Notes under the pieces: model-generated
Database searches by the model: none
What the model saw: the letters and a program-made list of their open reading frames with translations, nothing else
What the model was told of the DNA's origin: nothing
Source: Promethearchaeota archaeon
GTDB taxonomy: Archaea > Asgardarchaeota > Lokiarchaeia > Sigyniarchaeales > SOKP01
DNA: 64,000 nucleotides
Assembly (NCBI GenBank): GCA_029838195.1
Contig: JALGVJ010000009.1
Location: 1 to 64,000 of the forward strand
Reading direction: 5' to 3'
Position numbers and translations under genes: made by a program
In this document: piece by piece, positions 1-8,784 of the stretch
How positions within the stretch are numbered: the first letter of the stretch is position 1
How the letters are laid out: each line of letters begins with the position of its first letter

Positions 1-176
1 AATAATCCCGATCTCTTATCTCAGATCATCGTTTCCCGCCAACTTCAAGCCGATTTTATATATAAGAACCTTACTTTAATGGAGCGTGCCAGCTTACTGG
101 AACGGGGGGTTATAGCATGATATAATAAAAAAAGGGGGAATTTTATAATTTTTCATTCATTTATGAAATTACCCGG
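1..176 (+). mobile_element. Possible right end of an insertion sequence (IS1380-like terminus) interrupting the GTPase gene
   Basis: Open frame 1..120 (NNPDLL...ERGVIA*) enters from the window edge. Then ...TTATGAAATTACCCGG (161-176; CCGGGTAATTTCATAA on the minus strand) sits exactly where the GTPase similarity stops. Transposase and other end not visible. Confidence 0.3.
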
Positions 177-698
177 ATTCTCTTCTAACTTTAAAATCTC
201 GGTTATGATTTGAGTAAAGTATTCCATTGATTCATCATACCGATCCGGCGCTTGTACATCAATTACGTAGATGAGTAAATCTAAGCCGAAGAAATATTGA
301 TCGGGGGATTCTAAATATTCCCTTCGATGGTCTACTTGGCCTCCAAAATCCCAAATGTGAATCCGAGCATTTTCCGTCTTTATTTCTTGTCTATTTACAC
401 CTCGAGTGGGTTGTAATGAAGCAAGTTTTTCTATCCCTAATTTTCCGCCAAATTTGGATAAAATAGCAGTTTTTCCTGCGTTATTGAGCCCTAATACAAT
501 GATTTTCTGATCTTTTAATTCCTCCGCAACTGATTTTCGTTTAATTCTCTGAATGATAAGGCTAATCGTGATTGCTTTTTTTAATTTCTCTTCAAATTCG
601 GGGTCATTTTTTTTTATGAGGTTAATTAAAATCTTTTTCTTTTTGGAACGAGAAATTTTCTTAAAAGGATTTTCTTGATCTATTTCAGCAAATGACAA
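153..698 (-). pseudogene. Arf/Rag-like small GTPase, C-terminally truncated
   Basis: G1 GLNNAGKT, G2 PTRG, G3 WDFGGQ present. The ORF ends (EENPGNFINE*) before any G4/G5 motif. Confidence 0.7.
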
Positions 699-873
699 AA
701 CATCAAAAATATTATAATAAGAATAAGTTAAAAGAATTTTTAATGAATACTTTATTATAATTTTTTAAAATTTCATTATGAGTAGAGAAGTGGATTTTTA
801 AATTCAATTCCTTTGCGAGAATTAATTTTTGATAAGAAATATTTAATTTTTTTTTAATATTGTGTTTCCCAAA

Positions 874-1605
874 TTATTTTATTTTCAGTTTTTCTAATAA
901 GGAATCAAACTCGCTGAAATCAAAAGGTTTTAATATAAACCCATCCACTTGCGTTTCTTTTAATTTTTTCATAACTTCTGAATGTGGAATTGCGGTGATA
1001 AAGTAGATCGGGGTATCAATTGATCTTCTTTTTAATATCTTTCCCAATTCAGAGCCATCCATGTCCGGCAATAGAATATCAATTAAAATCAGTTTTGAAT
1101 TGTACTTTTCAATCTCTTCTAAACATTTTTTAGCTGTATTAACTCCTTTGCATCGCATGCCTTTTGTTTCAAAAAAATCTTTTAAGAGTAAGATGGTAGA
1201 GGCATTATCATCAACGATAAGAATGTCATAATCTTGGACTTGCGTTTCGGAACCAATGAAAATTTCATCAATTTTTCTCTCTAATTCCTTACTTTGATCA
1301 TGTATTTCTTTTATTCTAATTAATATATTAGGATCTATGTTTTCAGAATAATTCTCCAAGAGAATATGGGAGAGCCCATTTATAATGGTCAATGGTTCTT
1401 TTAATTCATGAGATACCTTATTAATATTCTTAAAAAGGGAGATCTTCAATGTATTTCCAATATAAAATTCTACAGCTTTACGGATGAATCTCGAAATGGA
1501 GGAAAAATCATTTTTATCAGCAAATTTTTGCCACTTTTTTTTAGTTTCTTCCGATACTAATAAAGTTATTCTTTCATTTTTCTTATCTTTTTTCATTTTA
1601 ATCAC
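874..1605 (-). CDS. RHH (CopG-like) - HisKA - receiver protein without HATPase domain
   Basis: N-terminal RITLLVSEETKKKW...SISRFIRKAV (ribbon-helix-helix pattern); H-box SHELKEPLTIING; REC with ILIVDD, LIDILLPDMDG, FITA, LKPF. Alternative ATG at 1596. Confidence 0.8.
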   Translation of the reverse strand: MIKMKKDKKNERITLLVSEETKKKWQKFADKNDFSSISRFIRKAVEFYIGNTLKISLFKNINKVSHELKEPLTIINGLSHILLENYSENIDPNILIRIKEIHDQSKELERKIDEIFIGSETQVQDYDILIVDDNASTILLLKDFFETKGMRCKGVNTAKKCLEEIEKYNSKLILIDILLPDMDGSELGKILKRRSIDTPIYFITAIPHSEVMKKLKETQVDGFILKPFDFSEFDSLLEKLKIK

Positions 1606-1968
1606 GAATAAGTCGGATGATTCACATGTTAATTATTTTAACTTAAGAGTAAACAATAATTTAGATCAATGGAAGATCTTTAAGTAATTCATTTTTTACC
1701 TCTTAGTGGTAATTATTTCAAATGGTTTTTTGAAATACTTCTCAAGTATTTATTTTTAAAACGTATATAATAATATCTATCGTTATTAAAATTATAAATA
1801 TTTCAATTGTGTTCCATTGATACTTATTTCATTGTAATAAATGATGAAGTGATTGATTTTTATTATAATATTTCCAATATAAATTTTTTTTTTTCCTAAT
1901 ATTTAAAAGGAAAGTCTATTATTAATAATAATAAAAAACGTTTAATAATAACGTTAAAAATCCTGACC

Positions 1969-2616
1969 ATGATGGAAGCAATTTACAACTCCTTTAAAGA
2001 CGAATTAATTAGATATCCCTTTTTAGTTATTGTTGGAAAGTATGACCAAATTTTAGGTCCACGAGCTTTATATTCTTCTATTGATATAAGAGATGAAGAA
2101 TTTATAAGAAATTTGTTGCGAGATGCATTGAATACTAAAAATAAATTTGTAATATTGGATTTTCAAAAGTTTTATGCACAAATATGTAAGATTGAAGTAG
2201 AAGATAAATCAGCTCGTGGAGGTAAACAATTATATGCGATCATTCTATTACGCCACGAAGAATATCCACTCCTTCCTATTCTTCATTTTAAAAAAATTGA
2301 GATGATGTTTCATCGCCTTGGAGCCGAACGCATACTTTCGGATGATTTAAATGGATTTAAGGAATTCATAGATCAAGTGGAAGAAATCTACATAAAAAAG
2401 GATGCTATTCTACCTTTAGAATCAATTAACCTTCAAATCCGAAGTGGCGTTAATACGATTCAAGGTTTTTGCGAACTCATTTTAGAAGAGAAACGAAAAC
2501 ATGGCAAAATTTCAGAAGAGACCGTGTTATCTTATGTTGAGTTAATGTTAGATTCTTGTAAAGATATCATTAAAGCATTAGAAGGAGATGATGTCAGCAA
2601 TTCAATTAAAAAATAA
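1969..2616 (+). CDS. uDENN/longin-like domain fused to His-less pseudo-HisKA (DHp) domain
   Basis: YDQILGPRAL and EDKSARGGKQLYAIILL resemble FLCN/SMCR8/C9orf72-type longin motifs. INLQIRSGVNTIQGFCELILE aligns with MSHELRTPLNAILGFSELLLE of the neighbouring kinase, with H>L. Confidence 0.6.
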   Translation: MMEAIYNSFKDELIRYPFLVIVGKYDQILGPRALYSSIDIRDEEFIRNLLRDALNTKNKFVILDFQKFYAQICKIEVEDKSARGGKQLYAIILLRHEEYPLLPILHFKKIEMMFHRLGAERILSDDLNGFKEFIDQVEEIYIKKDAILPLESINLQIRSGVNTIQGFCELILEEKRKHGKISEETVLSYVELMLDSCKDIIKALEGDDVSNSIKK

Positions 2617-2718
2617 AGGAAACTGGAGATACCTTTCTCGAATTCATTAAAAAATTATATCGAGATTAAAATTGTTTTCAAATTATAAAATTATTAAAAA
2701 AGGGGTCGGGAAGAGGAA

Positions 2719-3111
2719 ATGGAAAAAATCTTCATTTTAAGTAATGATGATATCACATGTAGAATTTATAGATTACTCTTGCATTTAGAAGGAGGTTATA
2801 CTATTATTGGTTATGAAAAAGATATAGCTAAGGCATTGAATTATCTTTCCACGATCGAAAGTGCTCCTGATATTATCTTTATTGATTTTAAAATGTCAAA
2901 TAGAGACGCCCTTTCATTACTTCAAAGTATAACTCAAAAATATCCGGATTTGAAAATCATGTGGATTAATCCTGATAAGAAAATTAAGGACCTTGCTTCA
3001 GAATTTAAATCATTATATTTAATCGAAGAACTGTATAAAAATCAAGATTTAATATTTTTCATAAGGGATGCTAGTAAAATGGACAAAAATGGATTAAAAA
3101 TTTCATCATGA
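2719..3111 (+). CDS. Atypical stand-alone receiver (CheY-like) domain
   Basis: PDIIFIDFKM retains the phospho-Asp; acidic pocket (ILSNDD) and KP motif are degenerate. Confidence 0.7.
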   Translation: MEKIFILSNDDITCRIYRLLLHLEGGYTIIGYEKDIAKALNYLSTIESAPDIIFIDFKMSNRDALSLLQSITQKYPDLKIMWINPDKKIKDLASEFKSLYLIEELYKNQDLIFFIRDASKMDKNGLKISS

Positions 3112-3243
3112 TAATGCGGTAATGATATTTCTTTTTCTTAAAATTACTGGATATTAACTTAAAAGTCAGAATAAAAGGAGGAGCGTGAATTATTTTTTGC
3201 TAATATATATATTATAATTTTCTCATGATATAAATAAAAGTAA

Positions 3244-5817
3244 GTGATTTATATAATGTCCTTGTTGAGAAAACTTGATAAAGAAAAAATATGGCGAGAT
3301 TTTAATTTAAAAATATTATTAATTGGAGAAAATAAGGGAGAGGTTGAAAATGTAAGGACATTATTAAAGAAAGTAGAAGACCTAAATTTCTCCATGACTC
3401 ATGTCTGTTCTTTAAATGAAGCAAGAACTCAATTAGATGAGAAAAATTTTGATATTATTCTTTTAGATTTAGGTCTAGAATCAGAAAAAGGACTTGAATT
3501 AATTAATAAAACAATCAAGTTAAAAAAAAACATTCCCATTATAGTTTTGGCAAATTTTTATGATGAAAATTTAGAACGTGCAGCAATAAAATTAGGTGTT
3601 CAGGATTATTTGATTAAGGAGCAATTAAATAGTTTCTATTTAATAAAATCAATTCATCATGGTATTGATAGAGAGAGATTAAAAAAACAAAATGAAATTT
3701 TAACAAAAAAAATTCAAGAAAACCAGCAAAAATTAAATTCTATAGTTCAGCAGAATGCTGATGGGATTCTAATAGTTGATAATAAAGGATATATTCACTT
3801 TATCAATTCTACAGCGGAATATTTATTATCAAAAGAAAAGAAGAATTGGATTGGAAAAAGATTTAATTATTCTATAGAAAAGGGAAGAACTACGGAAATT
3901 CATATCATTCATGATGATGAAACTATCACTGTTGCTGAGATTAAAGCGGTTGAATTACTATGGGAAGGAGAATTAATGAATTTAATAACACTTCGAGACA
4001 TTACAGAAATTAGAAAAACTGTACATGAAGTAAAAGAATTAGCTAAAATTTCTTCAAAATGTCCTTTCCCCATTATCAGAGTCAAACATGACAAAATTAT
4101 TTATTTAAATGATGCCGCAAAATTATGTTTTAAAGTCAATGTAGGGGAAAAAATACCTGTTTACTTTAAAGAGGGTATAAGAAAGGTAAGAGCAAGTGGC
4201 TCTATTGAAAAAATCGAAATCGAATACGATGGGCAATATTTTTTATTAATAATAAATCCCGACGATGATAAAGAAACCCTTATTATCTATGCCATGAATA
4301 TAACGGAAAAAGTATTGACCACAATTGCCTTAAAAGAATCAGAAATTAAATACCGTAGTTTAATTGAAAACTTAGATTCGGGGATTAGTTGCGTTAATAC
4401 AAACAACGTTTATACTGTCGTAAATGAAAAGGCCGCAGGGATATTGGGGGGAAAACCGGAAGATTTTATCGGTAAATCGATTTTTGAAGTACTACCTAAA
4501 GATTTAGCGGAACAAGAAAAGAGTATAAATGAAGAGATTTTTAGTAAGGGAAAGGGAATAATTTATGAAGAAATTATTAATTTAACTGAAGGAGAAAAAG
4601 TGTTTTTCATTAATAAACAACCTTTATTAGATGCTGAAGGAAAAATTGTTGGTGTACAGAATATATCCGTAGACATATCGGAAATCAAGAAATCCGAAAA
4701 AGAAGTTAAAAAGTTGGAGAAAACACTACAAGAAATGAATGCTCTAATTGAGCACGCTCCATTGGCAATATTTTTAATGGAAAAGAAAGGAAAAATCTTA
4801 CGAGCAAATGAAGCCGCTAAAGAACTCTTCGAGATGAATGATGAGATTCTCAATTACCATGTTCATGAGTTATTTGATAAGGAGTCGAAAGAGAAAATTG
4901 CAAAACACTATGATACCGATATATTTGATCTTCTTACACCGAATACGGTAGAAGCAGTAATTACTACGACTAAAGGGAAAAAGGTAGATGTAGAGATATA
5001 TTCTACAATCTTGAAAATTGCCGATAATTTAATCATCCAATCCTTCATATCCGATATTTCTGAACGGAAAGCTTTTGAACGGCATAGAGAAAAACTTTTA
5101 GATGAATTAATTACCTCCTTAGAATTCAAATCTAAATTTCTTGCGACAATGTCTCATGAATTACGTACCCCGTTGAATGCCATTTTAGGGTTCTCTGAAC
5201 TCTTATTAGAAGGTTCTTATGGAGCACTTAATAGAGAGCAAGAAGAGTACTTAAAAGACATTAGTTCAGCAGGAACTCACTTGTTAAATTTAATCAATTC
5301 CATTTTAGACATCTCAAAAATAGACGCCGGAAAATTTGAATTAAATATAGAACAAGTAAATTTATGCCGTATAATAAAAGAATCAGAAAATCTTGTACGT
5401 CCCTTGTATAGTAAGAAACATCTGAAGTTTAATATCGAGGGATTTCCTAAAGGTGCTCTTCTTTTCGTGGACCCCGTACGATTCAAACAAATTCTTTTTA
5501 ATTTACTCTCTAATGCTATAAAATTTACTCCAGAAGGGTCTATTACCCTAAAAGGAATTGAAAAAAAAGAGGTATGGGAATTTCGTGTTTCTGATACCGG
5601 TATAGGCATTGCTGAAAAAAATTTTAAAAAAATCTTTAAAGAATTTAGTCGTGTTGAAAATGAAAAAACAAGAAACATCGCGGGAGCAGGATTGGGCTTA
5701 GCGCTCACGAAAAGACTAATTCAACTTCATGGAGGAGAAATTTGGTTCGAAAGTGAATTAAATAGAGGCACGACTTTTTATTTTACCATCCCAAAAAGGA
5801 TGGGAAATGATGATTAA
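3244..5817 (+). CDS. Cytoplasmic hybrid histidine kinase (REC-PAS x4-HisKA-HATPase)
   Basis: DIILLDLGL receiver; PAS repeats ending RDITE/DISE; SHELRTPLNAILGF; NLLSNAIKFT, DTGIGI, GAGLGL; no TM segment. Confidence 0.95.
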   Translation: MIYIMSLLRKLDKEKIWRDFNLKILLIGENKGEVENVRTLLKKVEDLNFSMTHVCSLNEARTQLDEKNFDIILLDLGLESEKGLELINKTIKLKKNIPIIVLANFYDENLERAAIKLGVQDYLIKEQLNSFYLIKSIHHGIDRERLKKQNEILTKKIQENQQKLNSIVQQNADGILIVDNKGYIHFINSTAEYLLSKEKKNWIGKRFNYSIEKGRTTEIHIIHDDETITVAEIKAVELLWEGELMNLITLRDITEIRKTVHEVKELAKISSKCPFPIIRVKHDKIIYLNDAAKLCFKVNVGEKIPVYFKEGIRKVRASGSIEKIEIEYDGQYFLLIINPDDDKETLIIYAMNITEKVLTTIALKESEIKYRSLIENLDSGISCVNTNNVYTVVNEKAAGILGGKPEDFIGKSIFEVLPKDLAEQEKSINEEIFSKGKGIIYEEIINLTEGEKVFFINKQPLLDAEGKIVGVQNISVDISEIKKSEKEVKKLEKTLQEMNALIEHAPLAIFLMEKKGKILRANEAAKELFEMNDEILNYHVHELFDKESKEKIAKHYDTDIFDLLTPNTVEAVITTTKGKKVDVEIYSTILKIADNLIIQSFISDISERKAFERHREKLLDELITSLEFKSKFLATMSHELRTPLNAILGFSELLLEGSYGALNREQEEYLKDISSAGTHLLNLINSILDISKIDAGKFELNIEQVNLCRIIKESENLVRPLYSKKHLKFNIEGFPKGALLFVDPVRFKQILFNLLSNAIKFTPEGSITLKGIEKKEVWEFRVSDTGIGIAEKNFKKIFKEFSRVENEKTRNIAGAGLGLALTKRLIQLHGGEIWFESELNRGTTFYFTIPKRMGNDD

Positions 5818-5867
5818 AAATTCAAATTTATTTTAAAAATTGAGAGGGAGCCAGGAGCGATGAAAAA

Positions 5868-7874
5868 ATGGAGAAATATCAAAATTCTCACCAGCTTCAT
5901 GAAGCAGTAGAATTCTTATCGAAAAATTTAGACGAAATTGTATTAATTTTAGATAAGAATTTTATTATTGAATTTTATAATAATGGAAAACACGGGAAAG
6001 TTTTAGGATGGACGAGTAATAATTTAATTGGTACTTCCATTTTCGCTTTAATTCGAGAATTTGAAAATGCCCATAAAAATGAGAAAAAATTAAAAATAAG
6101 TTTGAATGAGGAATCCATTTCTCTGGTTCTTAAATTACAAGACAAAAAGGAAGACATTTTTACTTTAAATTTAAATGGAATTTCGCTCATGGTAAATAAA
6201 AACGAAAAAAAAGTATTGTTGATTGGCAAAATCATTCAAATAAATAAATTTAAAATTAATGAAATAAATCACCTTGAAAATGTTGAGAAACATTGGAACC
6301 AACAAATAAGAAAAACATTAGAACGAGAATTAAATAAAATGCATGTAGCTTTCGATAATGCTAAAGATCTCATGTTGATTTTAAATAGAAATGGAAAAAT
6401 TATAAATGTTAATGAAAAAGGGAAGGAAATTTTAGGATATGCAGGAGACCATCTTTTACAATTAAATCTAATGAGCCTAATCTCTCCAGAAAATAGTGAT
6501 TTGCTTAAAAAGAGTTTAGAGAATACGATAAATAATGGTACTCATGTGTTTGAAATTCCTCTCATTGATAGATATAAGAAGATTCATTTTTTTGAGATGC
6601 GCACTCTTCTCTTTTATATTAATCAAGAATTATTTATTTTAATGATAGGGAAAGATATTACAAGACAGTTTGAAGAATTATTGGAAATTAAAGAATCTGA
6701 ACTTAAATATCGCTCCATTTTAGAAAATATTAAAGAAGGGTATTATGAAATCGATTTAGATGGAAATTTTACTTTTTCAAATGATTTTCTCTTAAAGATA
6801 CTTCATTGTACAAAACAACAATTAAAAACCCAGAATATTTTTGATCTGTGTGATGATTCTCATAAAGTTTTCTTGAAAAATGCATTAGACTATGTAAAAT
6901 CGAAAAAAAGCCATTTAAAAAGCGTCCAAATTCAAGTGAACTTAATCAACGGAGCAAAAATTTTCTTAGAGCTGTCCATTGATTTGAAAATGGATGATAA
7001 TGAAAAAGTAATTGGATACCACGGCTTAATGAGAGATATAACAGAGCAGAAAAAAGCGGAAATTTTAGAAAAAAAATTCAAAGAAGAATTAGAAAAAGAA
7101 GTTGAATTACGCACAAAAGAACTTAATCAAGCTTTAGAGTTACAACAATATTTTCTAGATGAATTGGTAAAATCCTCTCAATTTAAAATGGAATTCTTAG
7201 CATCCATGTCTCATGATCTCAGAACCCCTTTAAATGCTATAATTGGATTTACCGATTTATTATTAGAACAGAGTTATGGAAAGTTAAATAAAGAACAATT
7301 AGAATTTTTAAAAGACATTAAATTTTCGGCCATGCATCAATTGGATATGATAAATAATATCTTAGATATAGCAAAAATTGAATCCGGGAAAACGACATTG
7401 AATTTAAGCTCGTTTTCTTTTAATAAGTTCATCAATCAAATGATCTCTAACTTAAAACCTCTCTGTGATGAAAAAAAATTATTTATTAAAGTAGAAGGAT
7501 TAAATAAGGAAGTGATAATTTTAGCAGATCCCATCAAATTTAAAGAAATTTTTTATAACCTTCTTAGCAATGCCATTAAATTTACTTTGAAGGGAGGAAT
7601 TACCATTATTTTTGAAGAAACTAATGATGAATGGGTTTTTAATGTAAAAGATACAGGTATTGGTATTGCCAAGGAAGATTATCCTAAAATTTTTAAAGAA
7701 TTTGAAAGAGGAAGTAATCCTTTGGTAAATTCTATTGAAGGTACAGGTCTGGGACTTTCTATAACAAAGCGGCTCGTTAACTTACACGGGGGTACTATTT
7801 CATTCAAGAGTAAAGTTGGCGAAGGAACGACTTTTACATTTACCATTCCCAAACCACCTCATAAAAAGCATTAA
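5868..7874 (+). CDS. Cytoplasmic PAS histidine kinase
   Basis: PAS repeats (KDITR, RDITE); SHDLRTPLNAIIGF; NLLSNAIKFT, DTGIGI, GTGLGL. Confidence 0.95.
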   Translation: MEKYQNSHQLHEAVEFLSKNLDEIVLILDKNFIIEFYNNGKHGKVLGWTSNNLIGTSIFALIREFENAHKNEKKLKISLNEESISLVLKLQDKKEDIFTLNLNGISLMVNKNEKKVLLIGKIIQINKFKINEINHLENVEKHWNQQIRKTLERELNKMHVAFDNAKDLMLILNRNGKIINVNEKGKEILGYAGDHLLQLNLMSLISPENSDLLKKSLENTINNGTHVFEIPLIDRYKKIHFFEMRTLLFYINQELFILMIGKDITRQFEELLEIKESELKYRSILENIKEGYYEIDLDGNFTFSNDFLLKILHCTKQQLKTQNIFDLCDDSHKVFLKNALDYVKSKKSHLKSVQIQVNLINGAKIFLELSIDLKMDDNEKVIGYHGLMRDITEQKKAEILEKKFKEELEKEVELRTKELNQALELQQYFLDELVKSSQFKMEFLASMSHDLRTPLNAIIGFTDLLLEQSYGKLNKEQLEFLKDIKFSAMHQLDMINNILDIAKIESGKTTLNLSSFSFNKFINQMISNLKPLCDEKKLFIKVEGLNKEVIILADPIKFKEIFYNLLSNAIKFTLKGGITIIFEETNDEWVFNVKDTGIGIAKEDYPKIFKEFERGSNPLVNSIEGTGLGLSITKRLVNLHGGTISFKSKVGEGTTFTFTIPKPPHKKH

Positions 7875-8101
7875 AAATCAGAAAATTTTCTATCCTCTAT
7901 TTAGCAAGTCTAGTCATGTAATGCTATACATTTCGTCCAACTTATAAAAAGGGCGAATTTAACATTACTTCTTATCTTTAGATTTACTTAAATTTAAATA
8001 GAAAAAATGGAAAGACTTAAGAAGTAACTACTTTTTATTAATATTAATTTCTTCTGTATAAGGCCGATATATCAATTCTGTGGAAAAAAAGGGTCAATTT
8101 A

Positions 8102-8733
8102 ATGACAAGTCGTAAAATTATAATGATTGGCCCTTCTGGGGAGGGAAAAACAACTATAAAGCATGTTTTTTTGAAAAAGCCAATCCACTTACTCTCTTGA
8201 AAAGCTTTTTTAATCCTACCCGGAGAATAGATACTTCCCTATATTCTTTTTTTAACCACATAATTAATATTTTCGATTTAGCAGATCAAAAAAATGAGAG
8301 CGGGTTTATTAAAGAAAAACGAGGTATTCAAGGAATCAGATACAATCTTTATCATCCATAATGTCCAAACTTCCTTAGAGAACATAATAAAATTTCTAAT
8401 ATATTTGATTAAAAAGCAAGAATTAAATAAAAATTTCTCCGATTGAAGAGGACTCCTTAAAACAGGAATTAAACATTACTTTAACTCTTGATTTATCAAA
8501 ACACAATAATAAAAGGGATACATGCCATGAGCTAAACTTACAAGAAACTAAGTTTGATTATTATATTTCAAGACTGGAACCATTAGGATTCATTAAATTC
8601 AAGAAACAAGATAATAATAAATTCTATTTTACGAAAAGAGGAGAATATTTTAGAAAAGGACGCGAAGAAGGGAAAAACCCCATTCTTCTCGAAACAGAAA
8701 AGAAAGATTTTGAGTTCTTGTATTCTTTTTTAA
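8102..8733 (+). pseudogene. Decayed Rag-like GTPase-wHTH gene
   Basis: ATG 8102 MTSRKIIMIGPSGEGKTTIKHVF, frameshift in a T-run, then EKANPLTLLKSFFNPTRR...IFDLADQ, second frameshift to EVFKESDTIF, stop. Later ELNLQETKFDYYISRLEPLGFIK...FTKRGEYF matches the wHTH of 8785..10317. Confidence 0.8.
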
Positions 8734-8784
8734 ATTTTAAAAAAATTTCAATAAGTATATGAATAAGAGATTATTGAAGAAAAT

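Noticed and set aside
8102-8450. Programmed frameshift producing a functional GTPase
   Set aside because: Needs two shifts plus a stop, G2/G3 are mutated and no G4/G5 is recognisable; decay is more parsimonious.
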